Source: Amoebidium appalachense (Eukaryota > Protista > Ichthyosporea). Taken from it: 64,000 nucleotides of DNA. Every line of letters starts with the position of its first letter. Position 1 is the stretch's first letter. Location of the stretch: contig CAVNZM010000001.1 in assembly GCA_963693365.1 (NCBI GenBank), positions 7,456,907 to 7,520,906 on the forward strand, given 5' to 3'. Below are positions 59,690 through 64,000 of this stretch, one piece after another. Made by a program: the position numbers and the translations under genes. The notes under the pieces were generated by a model, which worked only from the letters and a program-made list of their open reading frames with translations, had not been told where the DNA came from and did not search any database.

Positions 59690-61158
59690 TTTTGCGCTTG
59701 CAAATATAATGGAACATTAACACCCGGTTTTTCCCGTTCCCGGGGTCTTCTGCAGGGGTCCCTCCTGAGTCCGTTGTTGTTTGACGTTTTCATTGACGAT
59801 TTAGCCTGCGCCCTCGAACCCTTTGGCCAACTGCATACCCGCCGTGTACCGGGTCTCCTTTTTGCGGACGATATTGTTCTTTGTTCCTTAACCGAAGATG
59901 TCATGCACCAGATGCTTCGTCAGGTGGATCAATGGTGCACCGAGAATCTCATGACAGTCGGAATTGCAAAGTGTGCTACTTTTTCGAAGAACACTTCCTT
60001 TCGATTGGCCGGCCTTCCTATTCCTGTTCAGAGCACCTATGACTATTTGGGTATTCCTTTTACTGCACGGGGTATTGATTTCCGCAAGCTCCTCACGGCA
60101 CGGATCGCTCGTGCGAAGGGTAAGCTTCACATCGTGTCAAACTATGTTTCAACAGGAGTCTGTGATCCATCCTGCGAACCTTCTTCTCTACTATAAACCT
60201 TTTTTACGGCCGACTTTCGAATATGGACTTCCGCTATTGGCCTGCGCCCCACCTCGCGAGGCGGCAATGGCGCTGAACGAGTTCGACGATTTTCAGGGTA
60301 CTGCGCTACGCACTTTATTTCGTACTCGGTTTGTGCCTCCCTTAATCAGTATGTTTGGATTGTCGTCTGCTGTTTGTCGTATGGAGGAATTGTCTCTTCG
60401 TTTTTGTTTTCATTTAGTTAGGATACCTGATGGTCACCCTCTTTATGCTTTCTTTCCCCCCCCTCCCTCCATCCCTCTTCCCCCCCGATTCACCAACGCT
60501 ACTTCTGAATGTCCTCAGCCTACCCTCTTTCCACCTGATTCTTCCTCTCGCTATCTCACTCCCTCTTTCTTTTCTCTTCCTGTTTTTTCTGCCTTTTCGC
60601 GTTATTACCATACGCAGTATAAGTTTCTTTCTCGTTCTGATAGAGAAATCAAAGCCTAAAACTCAGTCGGCATGTGTTATGTTCCTTAGGCAACACCGTA
60701 CTAATCATTATCGCTTTTTGGGCGCTTTGGCAGGATACATTTCTCCTGCTGTACGTATGGATACCACCCTAGTAGATAAGTCTGTATGGTGCTCTGATGT
60801 TGATATTGCCTGGGAAGTTGTGCAGTGGCGCTGTAATTCTTGTTTTCATCGCCGCTGGTGCCACTTTTGTGCTGACCTTTTTAATCGCAAGCATGTTGAT
60901 AGGTGTGAATTTTTATGTCGCGTTTTACCTCTTTCCCTCCGGGTATCTGCTACACTAGCTGGCAATGTGAACACTTTAGACTTTGTGTTGAATTCTGTTG
61001 GTCGTCACATTGAGTATTTATATGATTTTCACACAGTGTTCAGGTATCTCAGCCTGCACTTGTTACTGGATAACTCGTGAAGTTTTTATTGTCTTCTCAG
61101 TATGCCGTGCATACTTGCATATCTTTCCGTCGAATAAATCCAGTCAAAAGAAAAAAAA
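59690..61158 (+). mobile_element. 5'-truncated, frameshifted non-LTR retrotransposon (LINE): reverse transcriptase plus C-terminal Cys/His motif and A-rich tail
   Basis: RGLLQGSLLSPLLFDVFIDDL, LFADDIVL and YDYLGI RT motifs; YKPFLRPTFEYGL follows after a frameshift near 60150; CHFC...H...C near the end; aataaa at 61133 and an A-rich tail at 61146-61158. Confidence 0.9.
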
Positions 61159-61269
61159 TATAATCCACTTTCTTTCTAGATGGCTGGATAATCAAAATCT
61201 CCCTCTTCTAATTAAACATATAACACAGGTACTTCAAGAGTCGCTATAGTAGGAAACCATTGCTGGGCT

Positions 61270-61335
61270 TCAATTGGCATCTGCCAATGGTGACGTCACC
61301 GACTTTTGGCGGACGAAGGAGTTTTGGCGGCGCCG
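61270..61335. promoter_or_regulatory. Promoter-like motif cluster (CCAAT, CRE, two E2F-like sites)
   Basis: attggc, gccaat, ggtgacgtcacc (61289-61300), and ttttggcgg at 61304 and 61322. Confidence 0.4.
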
Positions 61336-61916
61336 GATCATTCACAGCGCGCGGCGGCCCTACATACATACGATATACGCGCTTAGTACCGGGAGGATAT
61401 CATGATCATTACCCCTACCGTTCCCCATCTTTTTGTTAACGGTCTAAGTTACGTGCTTTGCTCCTGCATTTTCTGTATGTGAAGCCTAAGGATGTAACAA
61501 AACAAGCCGGGTGGGGAGAGGGAGGGAAGGGGGGGGGGGGGGGGGGGGGGGGGAGGGGGGGGATAGTTTGTGTTTGCCGAGAGATCTCGAGCACGACAAA
61601 GGCACAGCTACCTTCTCACGGATCAAACTTTCGTCACCGTACCGCAGTGCCAGGTTTGGCTAACTTAAAACTACACAGGCTGAATGCTTGGATAACCTTG
61701 CTAAACTTTTTTTTTTTTTTTTTTTTTTGCCCCTCACGGTTTTGGCAACTTGGGTGGAGGGGCTAAAGCAAAACGAGCTTGGTTCGTTTCTTGACACAAG
61801 CCGTAGGCTTTATGTTCAACGGAAATTAGAAAGGAGGACAGAAACGCCTTTGCTGAAAACGCAGGCAACCACAATAGTGGCCAAGGAGGCTGGGGCTGCA
61901 CAGCCTGCTTTCCTGT

Positions 61917-61948
<32 letters not shown>

Positions 61949-62357
61949 TTCATCCCTGCAGAATCCTTACGTCCCCTAAGAGGAAGTACTTTTCCAGCAC
62001 TGTGATTTCTTGGAGTCTTTTCTATTACCAGCCTCTCCCTTTTCCTTACACCGGCACCGTCAGCTTTCCCGCCTTGCACTGTACGCACACAAACACGCCT
62101 GTGCTCCGATGAAACCCGTAAGCGGTAACATGCAATACATAGACTTCAACACTGTGCGTCTCCTCTTGAGATCTCGGGACCCCCAGCAACCCCTCCCCCC
62201 CCCCCCCCCCCCCCCCCCCTCCCCTCCTCCCCCCCCCCGCTCTCTCCCTTCCCCTTCAACCAGCCCAACTTGAACAGTTCCACTCCCCTAAACATGTTAT
62301 GTTTGAATGTGCAGCAGTCAGCTGCTCGTCCGCAAGGCTCTCTATCCCTATTACTAG

Positions 62358-62425
<68 letters not shown>

Positions 62426-62537
62426 GGCCCCAACCCCACAGAAAGAGAGAACAAGAGAAGACAGAAAGGAGACGATGATATAGAGACTCGAAAGGGAGGG
62501 AGAAGAGAGATAGATAGATAGATAGACCAAGAGAGAG

Positions 62538-62659
<122 letters not shown>

Positions 62660-63108
62660 ACACAGACACTACTAAGAGGATCTACGGTACCGGTATAGAG
62701 AGCTTGCAGTTTGCAAGTTCAACATACGTGGTGATGTCCACCCTCCCCCCCCCCCCCCCATCCCACCCCCCCCACACACGCGCGGCTTGTCCTGGTATGG
62801 TCGTGTCCGGCAGTTTCAGGGGAATAGATGCACTTAGCAAGCACAAGCTTTCTATGCGAACACTCGTACAGGTTATCTGAAAACCGTTTATCAGAAAGTT
62901 TCCGGCACAACCCCATCCTTCAACCACCCCGTCCCGACCCCTTCGCTTTCTCTTGCCCCCTCTCCCTCCCCCCAGGCTCAGCACACAGTGGCCGGCACAC
63001 TACACACACACACGTACGCACACACACACAAACTCACACACACAGGCACACAGGCACAGACACAAAGACACACACACACACATGCACACACTCTCACACA
63101 CGCGCGCG

Positions 63109-63166
<58 letters not shown>

Positions 63167-63274
63167 CGTGCCCCCCCCCCCCCCACCCCCGCCCCCTCCC
63201 CCTTCACAAGCGTACACACGTTTTCCCGTACTACCTTATTGTTTTCCCCTTGATTTACATTATCTGCTAGGTCA

Positions 63275-63384
63275 TCCCTGTAGTTTAGTCCCGTACGCGT
63301 GTACCTGTTTCCTATATTAATCGGCCAGGTCCCTGTAGTTTAGTCCCGTACGCGTGTACCTGTTTCCTATATTAATCGGCCAGG
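63275..63384. repeat. Tandem duplication, 55 bp x 2
   Basis: tccctgtagtttagtcccgtacgcgtgtacctgtttcctatattaatcggccagg occurs twice. Confidence 0.9.
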
Positions 63385-64000
63385 GTGCTCAGGGCCCTCT
63401 TGCCTGTATGCCTGCCTTCAGTCCCCCCTCCCCCCCCTCCCCCTCCCCGTGCCCCCCTCCCCCCCCCCCACCCAAAAAAAAAAAAGAACTTCTCCGTCCC
63501 CATAGTCTCCTTTTTTCTTCTTTTTTTTCAAGTTCTTTCCTCCTTTCCGCCTCCCCTCCCTTAATTCTTCCTTCAAAGTTTCGCCCCGCCCCTTCTCTCC
63601 TCTCCATCCCTACCTCCCTCCTTTCACCTTTCTCCACCTCCGGGCTCTACGACTTGTCTACCTGCCTGCAAATCTCTCTTTTCCTTCGCTCTGTATGTCG
63701 CTCTCAATCTTTCTAAGTCCCTTTCTTTCTCCCTCCCACTTTTTCTACCCATGATATTGTCACAAAAAGGGTCCAACCGTGACATTATGCATGAGCATGT
63801 GCACTGGGCGCTACTTTAGGTCTGACAGGCTGGAACTCATGACCTATGTAGGGTGGCTAAGCCGCTGGGCGCTTTTGTGTAACAAAGAGCCTTCTATAAG
63901 TACTTTATACAGTAATTAGCTTGTTAGAAATATACGCGCAGTACTAGCCATGAGAAAGTCTACAAAAAAGTTAAGGAAGAAGCAAAGAAGTTGCTCGGTG

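Overview
Eukaryotic genomic DNA, very rich in microsatellites and homopolymers ((CA)n/(GT)n, (CT)n/(GA)n, poly-C/poly-G), so most entries in the supplied ORF track are repeat artefacts. Five protein-coding genes can be built by hand: (1) the 3' part of a spliced, single-pass membrane protein ending in a degenerate Cu/Zn-SOD-fold domain (+, 1-4631); (2) a two-exon, secreted, probably GPI-anchored Cys-rich repeat protein (-, 6179-8510); (3) a VTC4-like polyphosphate polymerase with an uninterrupted CDS and no SPX domain (-, 15275-16996); (4) an AAAP/Aa_trans amino-acid transporter with an uninterrupted CDS (+, 26237-27718); (5) a ~28.5 kb gene of roughly 30 or more exons encoding an apparently full-length FANCA orthologue (-, 29265-57799). 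VTC is absent from animals, whereas FANCA is mainly known from animals, which points to a unicellular relative of animals (ichthyosporean-like; inference only). The window also holds two copies of a TIR/foldback DNA-element family built from a GCAGAATTATTCTGC palindrome, a 5'-truncated LINE, a perfect 24-bp intronic hairpin, splice acceptors with (CA)n or poly-G in place of a polypyrimidine tract, and an apparent excess of CCAAT boxes in and around FANCA exons. All homology calls come from recalled motifs, not database searches, and exon boundaries were read by eye.
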